From: Vulcanimicrobiales bacterium
Lineage (GTDB): Bacteria > Vulcanimicrobiota > Vulcanimicrobiia > Vulcanimicrobiales > Vulcanimicrobiaceae
Length of the DNA: 64,000 nt
Direction of reading: 5' to 3'
Assembly: GCA_038215615.1 (NCBI GenBank)
Contig: JBBQQR010000006.1
Coordinates: forward strand, 1 to 64,000
Part shown: positions 1 through 8,700 of the stretch, piece after piece
Numbering within the stretch: position 1 is the stretch's first letter
Layout: each line of letters opens with the position of its first letter
Position numbers and translations under genes: made by a program
The notes under the pieces: generated by a model
Databases searched by the model: none
Seen by the model: only the letters and a program-made list of their open reading frames with translations
Told to the model about the DNA's origin: nothing

Positions 1-1
1 C

Positions 2-157
2 GTCGTAAATTTCGCGGGACCCTGGCGCGTGGACGACGGCTGGTTTGAAAGCGAACACGTCGCGCGGGACGAGTACGACGTATTGCTCGACGGCGGCCTG
101 CTCTGGCGCGTCTTTAAGCAAGGCGAAAAATGGTATCTGCGCGGCGCCTATGACTGA
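2..157 (+). CDS. imuB: C-terminal fragment of ImuB-like Y-family polymerase accessory protein (partial, runs off window start)
   Basis: Frame 2 reads VVNFAGPWRVDDGWFESEHVARDEYDVLLDGGLLWRVFKQGEKWYLRGAYD*, matching the typical ImuB C-terminus (GPWR..W..RD.Y...WxLxGxYD); lies upstream of dnaE2. Confidence 0.8.
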   Translation, partial: VVNFAGPWRVDDGWFESEHVARDEYDVLLDGGLLWRVFKQGEKWYLRGAYD

Positions 158-644
158 GTGCCTGCGATTTCAAAGCGCGGCCGCGGAATGGCTGCGCAGC
201 GGTGAGATCACGCGCACGTCGCACATGCTTTCGCCGCTCGAAGAACTGGCCGGTTTCAATTACGGGTTTATCTACCTCTTAGAGATAGTGGGAGACCCCA
301 CGCCGGTTCGTCTGGTGGGGGCTAATTTTCTTACGAAAATCGGCTACTCCGAACATCCGGTGCGCCGGATCCGGGAATTGCAGCCCGATTATAAAGGAAG
401 ACTGCGGCTGCGCGCCTGTTTCGTGGGCGACCCGCCGGCCGAGCGTTTCGCGCACCGGCGCTTCAAGAGCTTGCGGGTGAAGAACGAGCTGTTTCTGGCC
501 CATCCTATCATCGACGAGTATTTTCGCAGTTCGCGCGAGCAGATGCGCTTGCAGCTCCGCGAGATCCACGTCTGTTCCCAAGCGTGCCCGCAGTTGCTTG
601 CGCGGCTGGACCTCGCGATGTTGAGTGCGTGGCTCGCGCGCTAG
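150..644 (+). CDS. GIY-YIG superfamily nuclease, T5orf172/MUG113-like
   Basis: GFIYLL...KIGYSEHPVRRIRELQ...ERFAHRRFKSLRVKNELF pattern; ATG at 150 overlaps the imuB stop (ATGACTGA) and is preferred over the track start at 45. Confidence 0.7.
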   Translation: MTECLRFQSAAAEWLRSGEITRTSHMLSPLEELAGFNYGFIYLLEIVGDPTPVRLVGANFLTKIGYSEHPVRRIRELQPDYKGRLRLRACFVGDPPAERFAHRRFKSLRVKNELFLAHPIIDEYFRSSREQMRLQLREIHVCSQACPQLLARLDLAMLSAWLAR

Positions 645-647
645 CCG

Positions 648-3600
648 ATGCGTGGCTACGCCGAATTGCACGCGCACAGCAACTTTACGTTTCTCGAAGG
701 GTCGTCGCATCCTGAAGAGTTAGTCGAAGCTGCCGCCGCGCTTGGCCTGGCGGCGCTGGCGCTTACCGACCGCGACGGGCTCTACGGCGCGGTGCGGTTT
801 AGTAAAGCCGCTGCCGATCGCAAACTCCCGGGGATTATCGGAAGCGAACTCACTTTCGGCAACGGAGATCGTATCGTCGCGCTCGTCGAAAATGCCCTCG
901 GGTACGCCAATCTCTGCGAATTGATTTCGCTCGGCCAGCTGCGCGGAAGCAAAGGCGATCCGCGCCTGCAGCTCGAGGATTTCGATAACCGCACCGGCGG
1001 TTTGGTGATTCTTGCCGGCGCCCGAGCCGCCGCTCGAAAAGCGGCCGCCTTGCGCGAGCGCTTCGGCCCGGCGCTTTTTCTAGAAATGCAGCATCATCTG
1101 CACGCCGCCGACGCGCACGCTTGCCGGGAAACGCTCGAGTTATCGCGCCGCTTCGACATTCCTTACGTCGCGACCAACAGCGTCTTTTACGCCACCAAAG
1201 ACGCCGCGCGCTTGGCCGACGTACTGTTTTGTATCAAAGCAAAAACGACCCTCGCCCAGGCGCGCGAAGACGCGGTGCTTCGTCCAAACGCCGAGCATTA
1301 CGTGAAAGCGCCGCGGATGATGGCGCAGATCTTCGAAGGCTACCCGCAGGCGCTCGACAATACGCTCGCGATTGCGGAACGCTGCGCTTTCCGGCTCGAG
1401 CGGCTGACGGGACAGTTTCCGCTCTTTCCGGTCGCACAAGGATATACGCTCCAGAGCTATTTGCGCGAACTCGTCTACCGCGGCGCCGCCGAGCGGTACA
1501 AAATTCCGTTCGATCCCGTGGTCGAACGCCAGCTGGAGTACGAACTGGGGATGATCGCCAAAGTCGATCTGGCCGGATACTTTTTGATCGTTTGGGACAT
1601 CGTGCGCGCCGCCGGTGAACTGGGCGTGCTCTGTCAGGGACGCGGTTCGGCGGCCAATTCCGCAGTCTGTTACGCGCTCGGCATCACGGCGGTCGATCCG
1701 ATCGGCATGAATCTGCTCTTCGAGCGGTTCATGTCGGAAGGACGGCAAGAAATTCCCGATATCGACGTAGATTTTGCGCATCAAGATCGCGAGAAAGTCA
1801 TTCAATACGTTTACGAACGTTACGGTCGGACCCACGCGGCGATGGCGGCGGAAGTGGTGACTTACCATACGCGTTCGGCCATTCGCGACGTCGGGAAGGC
1901 GATTGGACTGACGCTCGCGCAAGTCGATGCCGTCGCGCGCGAGTACGACGCGCGCGAAACGCTGGCGGACGCGCTCGAAGGGGAAGTGGGCGAACGGCTC
2001 GTCTCATTGTGCCGGCGCATCGACGGCTTTCCGCGCCACATGGGGATCCATTCCGGCGGCATGGTGATGACGCGCGATCCGCTTGTCCGCGTCGCTCCGG
2101 TGGAGTGGGCCACCATGCGCGATCGCACCATCGTGCAGTGGGACAAAGACGATCTGCAAGACTTGGGGCTGATCAAAATCGACTTGCTCGGGCTGGGCAT
2201 GCTCTCGCTCTTACGCGAAGCGTTTGCGATTCACGAACGGGTGAGCGGCGAACGCCTCAAACTGCATACGATCCCGCAAGACGACCCGGCGACGTATACG
2301 ATGATCCAAAAAGCTGACACGATCGGCGTGTTCCAAATCGAATCGCGCGCGCAGCAGTCCATGCTGCCCCGTATGAAGCCGGCTTGTTTTTACGACATCG
2401 TGATGCAAGTCGCGATTATCCGGCCCGGTCCCATTCAAGGTCAGATGATCCATCCGTTTTTGCGGAGGCGCTCCGGCGAGGAAGCGGTGACGTATCCGCA
2501 TCCCAAACTCAAACCGGTGCTCGAACGCACGCTGGGCGTACCGCTCTTTCAAGAACAGGGGATGCGCATGGCAGTCGAAGCTGCGGGTTTTTCTCCCGCG
2601 CAGGCGGATCGTTTGCGGCGCGCGATGGGGCATAAGCGTTCGCACGAACGCATGCGCGAGCTCTACCCGAAGCTCGTCGAAGGCATGGTCGAGAACGGCA
2701 TCGATCGCGCCGCCGCCGAGCAGCTCTTCCATATGCTCGAGGGGTTTGCCGATTATGGTTTTCCCGAATCGCACGCTGCCAGTTTCGCGCTGCTCGCTTA
2801 TGAGTCGGCCTATCTCAAATGCCATCATCCGGCCGTCTTTGCCGCGGCGATTCTCAACGTGCAGCCGATGGGTTTTTATTCGACCGAAGTGCTCGTCAAC
2901 GACGCGCGCCGTCACGGTGTTATCGTGAACCCCGTGGCCGTCAACGCGAGTGAATTTTGGAGCTTCGTGGATCCGGCCGGTGCGCTGAGGCTGGGCTTCC
3001 ACGTGATCCGAGGATTGGGCGAAGCGCAGCGCGAGCGTCTGCAATCCGCGCTGGGCCAAGGGCCGTTTGCCGGCTTGCGCGATTTCGCGCAACGCACGCA
3101 GCTCGAAAAGGAAGCGATCGAGAACCTCGCGGTCGCCGGCGCTTTCGATCCGTGGTTCGCATCGCGCCGCGAGGCGATGTGGGCGCTCCGCGGATTGGAC
3201 GAGCGCGAGACGCGCGGCGAATTGGGCCGGCTGATGGACGTCGACGAACCGGCGGTGCGCTTCGCCGCGATCTCGGCGCGGCAAGAAACAGCCTTCGATC
3301 TTTGGTCGACCGGCATCTCGGCGAACATTCAGCCGATCGCGCACGTGCGCGCAGAACTCGAAAAAGAACATGTTATCCCCGCCGCCCGCTTGGCGGAGAT
3401 GCCCGGCAACCTCGTCTGTAAAGTCGGCGGCCTGGTGATCACACGGCAGCGCCCCGGCACCGCGAAGGGCTTTGTTTTCTTAACGCTCGAGGACGAAACG
3501 GGTTTGGTGAACGTCATCGTTCGGCCCGATGTCTACGAACGCTACCGGCGCACGATCCGTCAGTCGATGACCGTTATCGTCGAAGGCACACTGCAGAAGG

Positions 3601-3692
3601 AGGATGGCTGCATCGACGTGCTCGCGCGCAAGGTTTGGAGCTTCGATGCGAGCGACGTCGTCGGCGGAGTCCGCTCGCGAAACTTTCAGTAA
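648..3692 (+). CDS. dnaE2: Error-prone DNA polymerase III alpha subunit DnaE2 (ImuC)
   Basis: PHP domain (ELHAHSNFTFLEG, TDRDG), GRGSAANS, PDIDVDF catalytic motif, YGFPESHA, OB fold (RQRPGTAKG), C-terminal SRNF motif typical of DnaE2. Confidence 0.96.
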   Translation: MRGYAELHAHSNFTFLEGSSHPEELVEAAAALGLAALALTDRDGLYGAVRFSKAAADRKLPGIIGSELTFGNGDRIVALVENALGYANLCELISLGQLRGSKGDPRLQLEDFDNRTGGLVILAGARAAARKAAALRERFGPALFLEMQHHLHAADAHACRETLELSRRFDIPYVATNSVFYATKDAARLADVLFCIKAKTTLAQAREDAVLRPNAEHYVKAPRMMAQIFEGYPQALDNTLAIAERCAFRLERLTGQFPLFPVAQGYTLQSYLRELVYRGAAERYKIPFDPVVERQLEYELGMIAKVDLAGYFLIVWDIVRAAGELGVLCQGRGSAANSAVCYALGITAVDPIGMNLLFERFMSEGRQEIPDIDVDFAHQDREKVIQYVYERYGRTHAAMAAEVVTYHTRSAIRDVGKAIGLTLAQVDAVAREYDARETLADALEGEVGERLVSLCRRIDGFPRHMGIHSGGMVMTRDPLVRVAPVEWATMRDRTIVQWDKDDLQDLGLIKIDLLGLGMLSLLREAFAIHERVSGERLKLHTIPQDDPATYTMIQKADTIGVFQIESRAQQSMLPRMKPACFYDIVMQVAIIRPGPIQGQMIHPFLRRRSGEEAVTYPHPKLKPVLERTLGVPLFQEQGMRMAVEAAGFSPAQADRLRRAMGHKRSHERMRELYPKLVEGMVENGIDRAAAEQLFHMLEGFADYGFPESHAASFALLAYESAYLKCHHPAVFAAAILNVQPMGFYSTEVLVNDARRHGVIVNPVAVNASEFWSFVDPAGALRLGFHVIRGLGEAQRERLQSALGQGPFAGLRDFAQRTQLEKEAIENLAVAGAFDPWFASRREAMWALRGLDERETRGELGRLMDVDEPAVRFAAISARQETAFDLWSTGISANIQPIAHVRAELEKEHVIPAARLAEMPGNLVCKVGGLVITRQRPGTAKGFVFLTLEDETGLVNVIVRPDVYERYRRTIRQSMTVIVEGTLQKEDGCIDVLARKVWSFDASDVVGGVRSRNFQ

Positions 3693-4511
3693 CTAGTCGT
3701 GCGCGACCGGGCACGACGAGTAGTGGTGCTCGTAACAATATGCAACCAGCGGATGCGGATTCGCGTCGGAAGGCAAAATGTAACCCGGCTCCGGACCGGG
3801 GAGCGGCATGCTGCGCCATCCAAGTTTGATCGGATCCAGTGATTGCGGAAAACGAATGGGCCACGGAACGGTTCCCGTTTCGCTCGTTCCATCGGGGTAG
3901 AGTACCCAATAGCGGACGTAATAGTAATCCCACGCCCCTCTTTGCCACGCCTGAAGCGGATAAAGAATGCCTTGTCCGATATTGGGAGAGCCGACACTGC
4001 CCGAAAAATCGTACGTGTAACGTTTGATCGTCGCGGGCGCGGTAACGGGCTGCGCGGCGCTCACCACCGGGTTGTTTTCTTCACGCAGTTTGGCGATCGT
4101 CTTTGTGAATTGCTGTTGCTGCTGCGCGAGCTGCTGACTAAAGCTTTGGGTCTGCGGTCCTCGGTAAAAGCTTGCCCTGGGGATGCTGATTTCCGCGCGC
4201 GGCGTAATGCGCGCGAGTTCACGATGCGGCGCCCTGTCAACTTGTGGGCGAGCGGTCGCCCGCGGTGCGGGCAGCGGCGCCGGAGGCCGGATGAGCGAAG
4301 GCTGCTGCGACTGCGGGCGACGTTCCAGACGAATCGCACCCGATGTAATGGAGATCGTTTCTACCGGCGCAAGGTGCTGCGCGCCGGCGATAAAATGCGC
4401 GCGCAGGAGCCACGCCAGCAGCGGGCCCGCGAGAAGATGAAAAGCGATAGAGAAGAGAAAGGCCCAAAATAAAAATCGCTGCGCGCGGTCGCGCCGTGGT
4501 TTAAAATTCAG
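3693..4511 (-). CDS. Membrane-anchored TonB-like protein (TM helix with SxxxH, Pro/Gln-rich linker, unrecognised C-terminal domain); start codon uncertain and non-canonical
   Basis: Frame of track ORF 3693..4067 stays open upstream: RFLFWAFLFSIAFHLLAGPLLAWLL...RPPAPLPAPRA...QQLAQQQQQF; only CTG (4511), ATT (4535/4538) or similar codons are available as starts. Confidence 0.55.
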   Translation of the reverse strand: MNFKPRRDRAQRFLFWAFLFSIAFHLLAGPLLAWLLRAHFIAGAQHLAPVETISITSGAIRLERRPQSQQPSLIRPPAPLPAPRATARPQVDRAPHRELARITPRAEISIPRASFYRGPQTQSFSQQLAQQQQQFTKTIAKLREENNPVVSAAQPVTAPATIKRYTYDFSGSVGSPNIGQGILYPLQAWQRGAWDYYYVRYWVLYPDGTSETGTVPWPIRFPQSLDPIKLGWRSMPLPGPEPGYILPSDANPHPLVAYCYEHHYSSCPVAHD

Positions 4512-5298
4512 AGACGACTCGTACCGGTTTAAAATAATGCAGCCCCGCCGACTCCAAGATTTGCTTGCCTTGACCGTACAAGATGAAGTTCAAGAAACTC
4601 TGTGCGTTTTGAGGGTTGGCGGCATGCGGCAAGACGGCTATCCCAAAGGCGATTTCGTTTGCGAGATTCGTCCCGGCGGGCAGCTCGATCGCTGGGAGGC
4701 CCATCGGCGCCGTCTCGGTCGAATAGAAGAAGCCCGCGTCGAGCTCGCCGGTCTGGACGCGCACGGCAAGGTCTTCCTCGGGAAACTCGTGCGCCGATGC
4801 GAGCAGATTCCGGGCAAAATCCGCGCGCTGGACGCGCTTTCCGAGCAACGCAATGACGCGTACCGTGCGGGCGCCCTTCGGATCGATCGCGGGGTCGGTG
4901 CGTCCCAGGCGCACCCCGGGTGAGCTCAGCGCATCCAGAATGGAAACCTTGCCATTGGCGGCGGCGGCAAAAAGTTGCGCGCGAGCGGACCTCGGCGAAT
5001 ACGCTACGACCATTCGCGCCGAGCCAAAGACGGTGTAGGAACGCACGAGGCCTTTGAATAGCGCCGGGTCCGCGCTGATAAAAACATCCGGATCGCGCAA
5101 ACCTGCGCGAATCAAGTTCGCAAGCGCGCGGCTTCCCTTCGCTTCTCCGGCGAACCGCAGCCCCGTGCTCTGGGTAAAAGCTCTCGCAACGGGTCCTTCC
5201 ATCACTGCCACCAGCGAGGCGGCGTAGGCGACCGAAACTGCGGGCGACGAACTGGGTATCAACGTAACGGCCGCGGCAAGCACCAATGCCAGCTTCAT
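4501..5298 (-). CDS. Molybdate/tungstate ABC transporter substrate-binding protein (ModA/WtpA-like)
   Basis: Signal peptide MKLALVLAAAV, YAASL, GSRALA, PDVFISAD, GRTDPAIDPKG, GELDAGFFY. Confidence 0.75.
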   Translation of the reverse strand: MKLALVLAAAVTLIPSSSPAVSVAYAASLVAVMEGPVARAFTQSTGLRFAGEAKGSRALANLIRAGLRDPDVFISADPALFKGLVRSYTVFGSARMVVAYSPRSARAQLFAAAANGKVSILDALSSPGVRLGRTDPAIDPKGARTVRVIALLGKRVQRADFARNLLASAHEFPEEDLAVRVQTGELDAGFFYSTETAPMGLPAIELPAGTNLANEIAFGIAVLPHAANPQNAQSFLNFILYGQGKQILESAGLHYFKPVRVVSEF

Positions 5299-5378
5299 CG
5301 GTCCAACTTCCGTGGCGCGAAAAGACATTCCTCATAACGGTGACGAACAAAGCAACCCAAGGGAGCACAGCCGACTCG

Positions 5379-5615
5379 ATGCACGCGCAGCCAATAGACG
5401 AGATCGACATGAACGACGGATCGCAGGGAGAACGCGACGGCAGTATGACCCGCACGCTGGTTTGGGTCGGCGTTGCCGGGCTTTCGGCCGCCCTTGCATT
5501 CGCGCTGATTCGCGCGGCGATTTCGCGGCGGCCCGCGGATCCGACGAGCCGACGCATTCAACAACTGATCGACGAGGCAAACCAACTTCTCAAAACGCTT
5601 GACGATCAGCGTTAG
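5379..5615 (+). CDS. Small single-TM hypothetical protein
   Basis: TLVWVGVAGLSAALAFALI hydrophobic helix followed by an amphipathic tail; overlaps rlmD start; start position uncertain. Confidence 0.55.
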   Translation: MHAQPIDEIDMNDGSQGERDGSMTRTLVWVGVAGLSAALAFALIRAAISRRPADPTSRRIQQLIDEANQLLKTLDDQR

Positions 5616-6942
5616 CCCCGGCTCCGAACTCGAACTTACGTTCACCGACGTCCTCGCCAACGGCCAAGCAGTCGGGCGAGCGGGCAGCGTCGTCGTGTTT
5701 TGCTCCGGCCCGCTCCCCAGCGAGCGCGCGCGCGTGCGCGTCACGGCGGTCAAACCGAAATATGCCGTCGCGCAACTGCTCACGATTCTTGAAACGTCGA
5801 CCGAGCGGGTCGCCCCGTTCTGCCCGGTCTTTGGCGAGTGCGGCGGTTGTCAGCTTCAGCACCTTGCCTATCCGGCGCAGCTGGCTTGGAAGCGCGACGT
5901 CGTTGGGAGCGCGCTCGTTCGCATCGGCGGCTTCGCGGAGATTACCGTGGCCGAAACGATCGGCATGCGTAATCCGCGCGCGTACCGCAACAAGATGTCG
6001 TTGGTCGTGGATCGGTCGTGCCGGCGCGTCGGTTTCTACAAGCAGCGGTCGCACGATGTGGTGCAGATCGACGGCTGCCCGATCGTGCTGCCGAGACTCG
6101 ACGCGCAAATATCCCGGCTGAACGCAGCCAAGGCGGATCTGGAAACCGCGGACGCGTTCGCCCGCACGCGTCACGTCGTCGCGCGAACGGCGCAGGCGAC
6201 CGGCGAAGTCGTTGTAACGTTTACGACGGATCGGCCCGACGAGACGTTAAGAACGAAGGCGGACCAGATCGCTCGCAAACTAGACAACATTTCCGGCCTT
6301 ACGAACTCCTACGATCTTTCCGGATCGAATGCGATTGTCGGGCGGAAGCAGCGCACACTCACGGGGTCGGCCACGATCGAAGAGTCGATGGGCGGTTTGC
6401 GCTACCGCGTTTCGGGCGGCTCGTTCTTTCAAGTAAACGTGGAGATCCTCGAGCGCATTTTGGAACGCCTCGATCTGCTGCTGAGCCGGCCGCTGCGCAT
6501 TCTCGATCTCTACTGCGGCGCGGGCGCATTTGCGCTGTACTTTGCCAAGCGCGGCTCGACGGTTCTGGGGATCGAGGAGAATACGCTCGCTGTCGCCGAG
6601 GCGCGCGAAAATGCCGCACTCAACGGTCTCACGCCGAATGTGCGCTTTCACGCGAGCACGGTGGAGCATGCGCTCACGCACCCGGCCATGGCGAAGGACG
6701 TCGCCGGAACTGAGGCCGTGTTTTTGGATCCGCCGCGCAAGGGCTGCGAGGAGCGCGCGCTTGGCGCAATCGCCGCCCGGCAAATCCCCGCGATTTGGTA
6801 CCTGTCCTGCGATCCGGCAACGCTGGCCCGGGATTTGAAGTTTCTGGCCGCCAAAGGGTACCGCCCCGGCGAGATCCAGCCGTTCGACATGTTTCCGCAA
6901 ACGGGACACATCGAGACCCTGGCGCTTCTCGCCCTTCCTTGA
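5599..6942 (+). CDS. rlmD: 23S rRNA (uracil-5-)-methyltransferase RlmD/RumA
   Basis: TRAM domain, CPVFGECGGCQLQH Fe-S motif, SFFQVN, LDLYCGAG, DPPRKG, YLSCDPATLARD, DMFPQTGHIE. Confidence 0.93.
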   Translation: MTISVSPGSELELTFTDVLANGQAVGRAGSVVVFCSGPLPSERARVRVTAVKPKYAVAQLLTILETSTERVAPFCPVFGECGGCQLQHLAYPAQLAWKRDVVGSALVRIGGFAEITVAETIGMRNPRAYRNKMSLVVDRSCRRVGFYKQRSHDVVQIDGCPIVLPRLDAQISRLNAAKADLETADAFARTRHVVARTAQATGEVVVTFTTDRPDETLRTKADQIARKLDNISGLTNSYDLSGSNAIVGRKQRTLTGSATIEESMGGLRYRVSGGSFFQVNVEILERILERLDLLLSRPLRILDLYCGAGAFALYFAKRGSTVLGIEENTLAVAEARENAALNGLTPNVRFHASTVEHALTHPAMAKDVAGTEAVFLDPPRKGCEERALGAIAARQIPAIWYLSCDPATLARDLKFLAAKGYRPGEIQPFDMFPQTGHIETLALLALP

Positions 6943-6949
6943 GGTAGGC

Positions 6950-7243
6950 GTGGCATCTGAAAAAATAGACGTCCGGTACGTTGCAAAACTCGCCCGAATC
7001 GCGCTTACGCAAGACGAAGTCGAACGCTTTGGCGCGCAGCTCCACGATCTGCTCGCGCACGTCAACGTGCTTTCCGAATTGGAAACGTCTGCTGTCCCCG
7101 CTACCGCGCAAGTCGTCGAATCCACCAACGTCGAGCGTGCCGACGAAACCGGCCCATGCCTGGATCGTGAAACGGTACTCGCCATGGCGCCGCAACGCGA
7201 AGGTGCGTTTTTTCGCGTTCCAAAGATTATCGCCGAACCGTGA
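6950..7243 (+). CDS. gatC: Asp/Glu-tRNA amidotransferase subunit C
   Basis: YVAKLARI...FFRVPKII; first gene of gatCAB. Confidence 0.93.
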   Translation: MASEKIDVRYVAKLARIALTQDEVERFGAQLHDLLAHVNVLSELETSAVPATAQVVESTNVERADETGPCLDRETVLAMAPQREGAFFRVPKIIAEP

Positions 7244-8700
7244 ACGAGCTCGTCAAACGATCGGCGGCGGGGATCGCGCGCGACGTTCGCGCCAGGCGTG
7301 TCTCCGCTCGCGAGGTGACCGAAGCGGTACTGGCCCGCGTCGATGAAGTGGACGGCCGGCTGGGATGTTATCTCACGCGGCTGCACGATCTTGCGCGCGA
7401 ACAGGCACGCCGCGTGGACGAGCGCGTCGCGGTGGGTGAAGTGCTGCCGCTGGCGGGCGTGCCGGTGGCCGTCAAGGACAACATGTGTTTGACCGGGACG
7501 CGGACGACTGCGGCGTCGAAAATTTTAGAAAACTGGATAGCCCCGTACACGGCGACGGCTGTGCAGCGTATGCTCGACGCGGGTGCGGTCCCGATTGGAA
7601 AATCGAATCTCGACGAATTCGCGATGGGCAGTTCGTGCGAAAACAGCGCCCTCGGCGTAACGCGCAATCCCTACGACCTCAAGCGTGTGCCGGGCGGCAG
7701 TTCGGGTGGATCGGCCGCAGCGGTGGCGGCTTTCGAGGCGGCGATAGGATTGGGAAGCGACACCGGAGGATCGATTCGCGAGCCGGGCGCTTTCTGCAAC
7801 GTCGTCGGTTTCAAACCGACGTACGGACGCGTGTCGCGCTACGGTCTGATCGCGTTCGCGTCGAGCTTGGATCAGATCGGTCCGCTGACGCGAACCGTTG
7901 AAGATGCGGCGCTGGCATACGACGTGATGGCCGGGCACGATCCCATGGACTCCACCAGCATCGATCGTCCGGTCGAGCCGGCCGCATCCTCGCTTCGCGA
8001 AGATCTCAAAGGCCTACGCATCGGCATCGTCAAGGAATTCGTGACCGCTAAACTCGGTCCGGAGATCGACGCGCTCTACAAACGGGCGTATGAAGAACTC
8101 GCAGGGCTCGGAGCGGAACTCGTTGAGGTGTCGCTGCCGACCGCTGATTACGGGCTTGCGACTTATTATTTGATAGCGCCGGCCGAATGCAGCAGCAACT
8201 TGGCGAGATTCGATGGCGTTCGTTATGGCTTGCGAGTCGACGGCGCTGATGTCGGACAGATGTACGAACGGACTCGCGCGGCCGGCTTTGGTCCCGAAGT
8301 AAAGCGCCGTATTCTGATCGGCACGTACGCGCTTTCGAGCGGGTATTATGACGCGTATTACGTCAAAGCTCAGAAGGCACGCACCATGTTCGCGCAAGAT
8401 TTCCGCAAAGCGTTTGAACGCTGCGATCTGATCGCCGCGCCGGCCGCAAGCAGCCCGGCGTTCGAATTTAACTCCAAGAGCGATCCGTACAGCATGTACA
8501 TGATGGATTACTACACGATACCGATGTCGCTGGCCGGTTTGCCCGCGCTTTCAGTTCCGTGCGGGTATGCCGGCACGCCGGCGCTTCCGATGGGATTGCA
8601 GCTGGCGGCGCCGCTCTTCGAAGAGTCCAAACTCCTGGGCGCCGCGCACGCGTACGAACGCGCGACCGCGTACGCCGCGAAAGGAGCGCTGGCTGTATGA
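7240..8700 (+). CDS. gatA: Asp/Glu-tRNA amidotransferase subunit A
   Basis: Amidase signature GGSSGGSAA, GSDTGGSIR, GFGPEVKRRILIGTYALSSGYYDAYY. Confidence 0.97.
   Translation: MNELVKRSAAGIARDVRARRVSAREVTEAVLARVDEVDGRLGCYLTRLHDLAREQARRVDERVAVGEVLPLAGVPVAVKDNMCLTGTRTTAASKILENWIAPYTATAVQRMLDAGAVPIGKSNLDEFAMGSSCENSALGVTRNPYDLKRVPGGSSGGSAAAVAAFEAAIGLGSDTGGSIREPGAFCNVVGFKPTYGRVSRYGLIAFASSLDQIGPLTRTVEDAALAYDVMAGHDPMDSTSIDRPVEPAASSLREDLKGLRIGIVKEFVTAKLGPEIDALYKRAYEELAGLGAELVEVSLPTADYGLATYYLIAPAECSSNLARFDGVRYGLRVDGADVGQMYERTRAAGFGPEVKRRILIGTYALSSGYYDAYYVKAQKARTMFAQDFRKAFERCDLIAAPAASSPAFEFNSKSDPYSMYMMDYYTIPMSLAGLPALSVPCGYAGTPALPMGLQLAAPLFEESKLLGAAHAYERATAYAAKGALAV

Noticed and set aside
4501..5378. 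Moco/Wco riboswitch or modABC operon at the ModA-like gene
   Set aside because: The upstream gap is only about 80 nt with no recognisable structure, and no permease or ATPase gene is adjacent.
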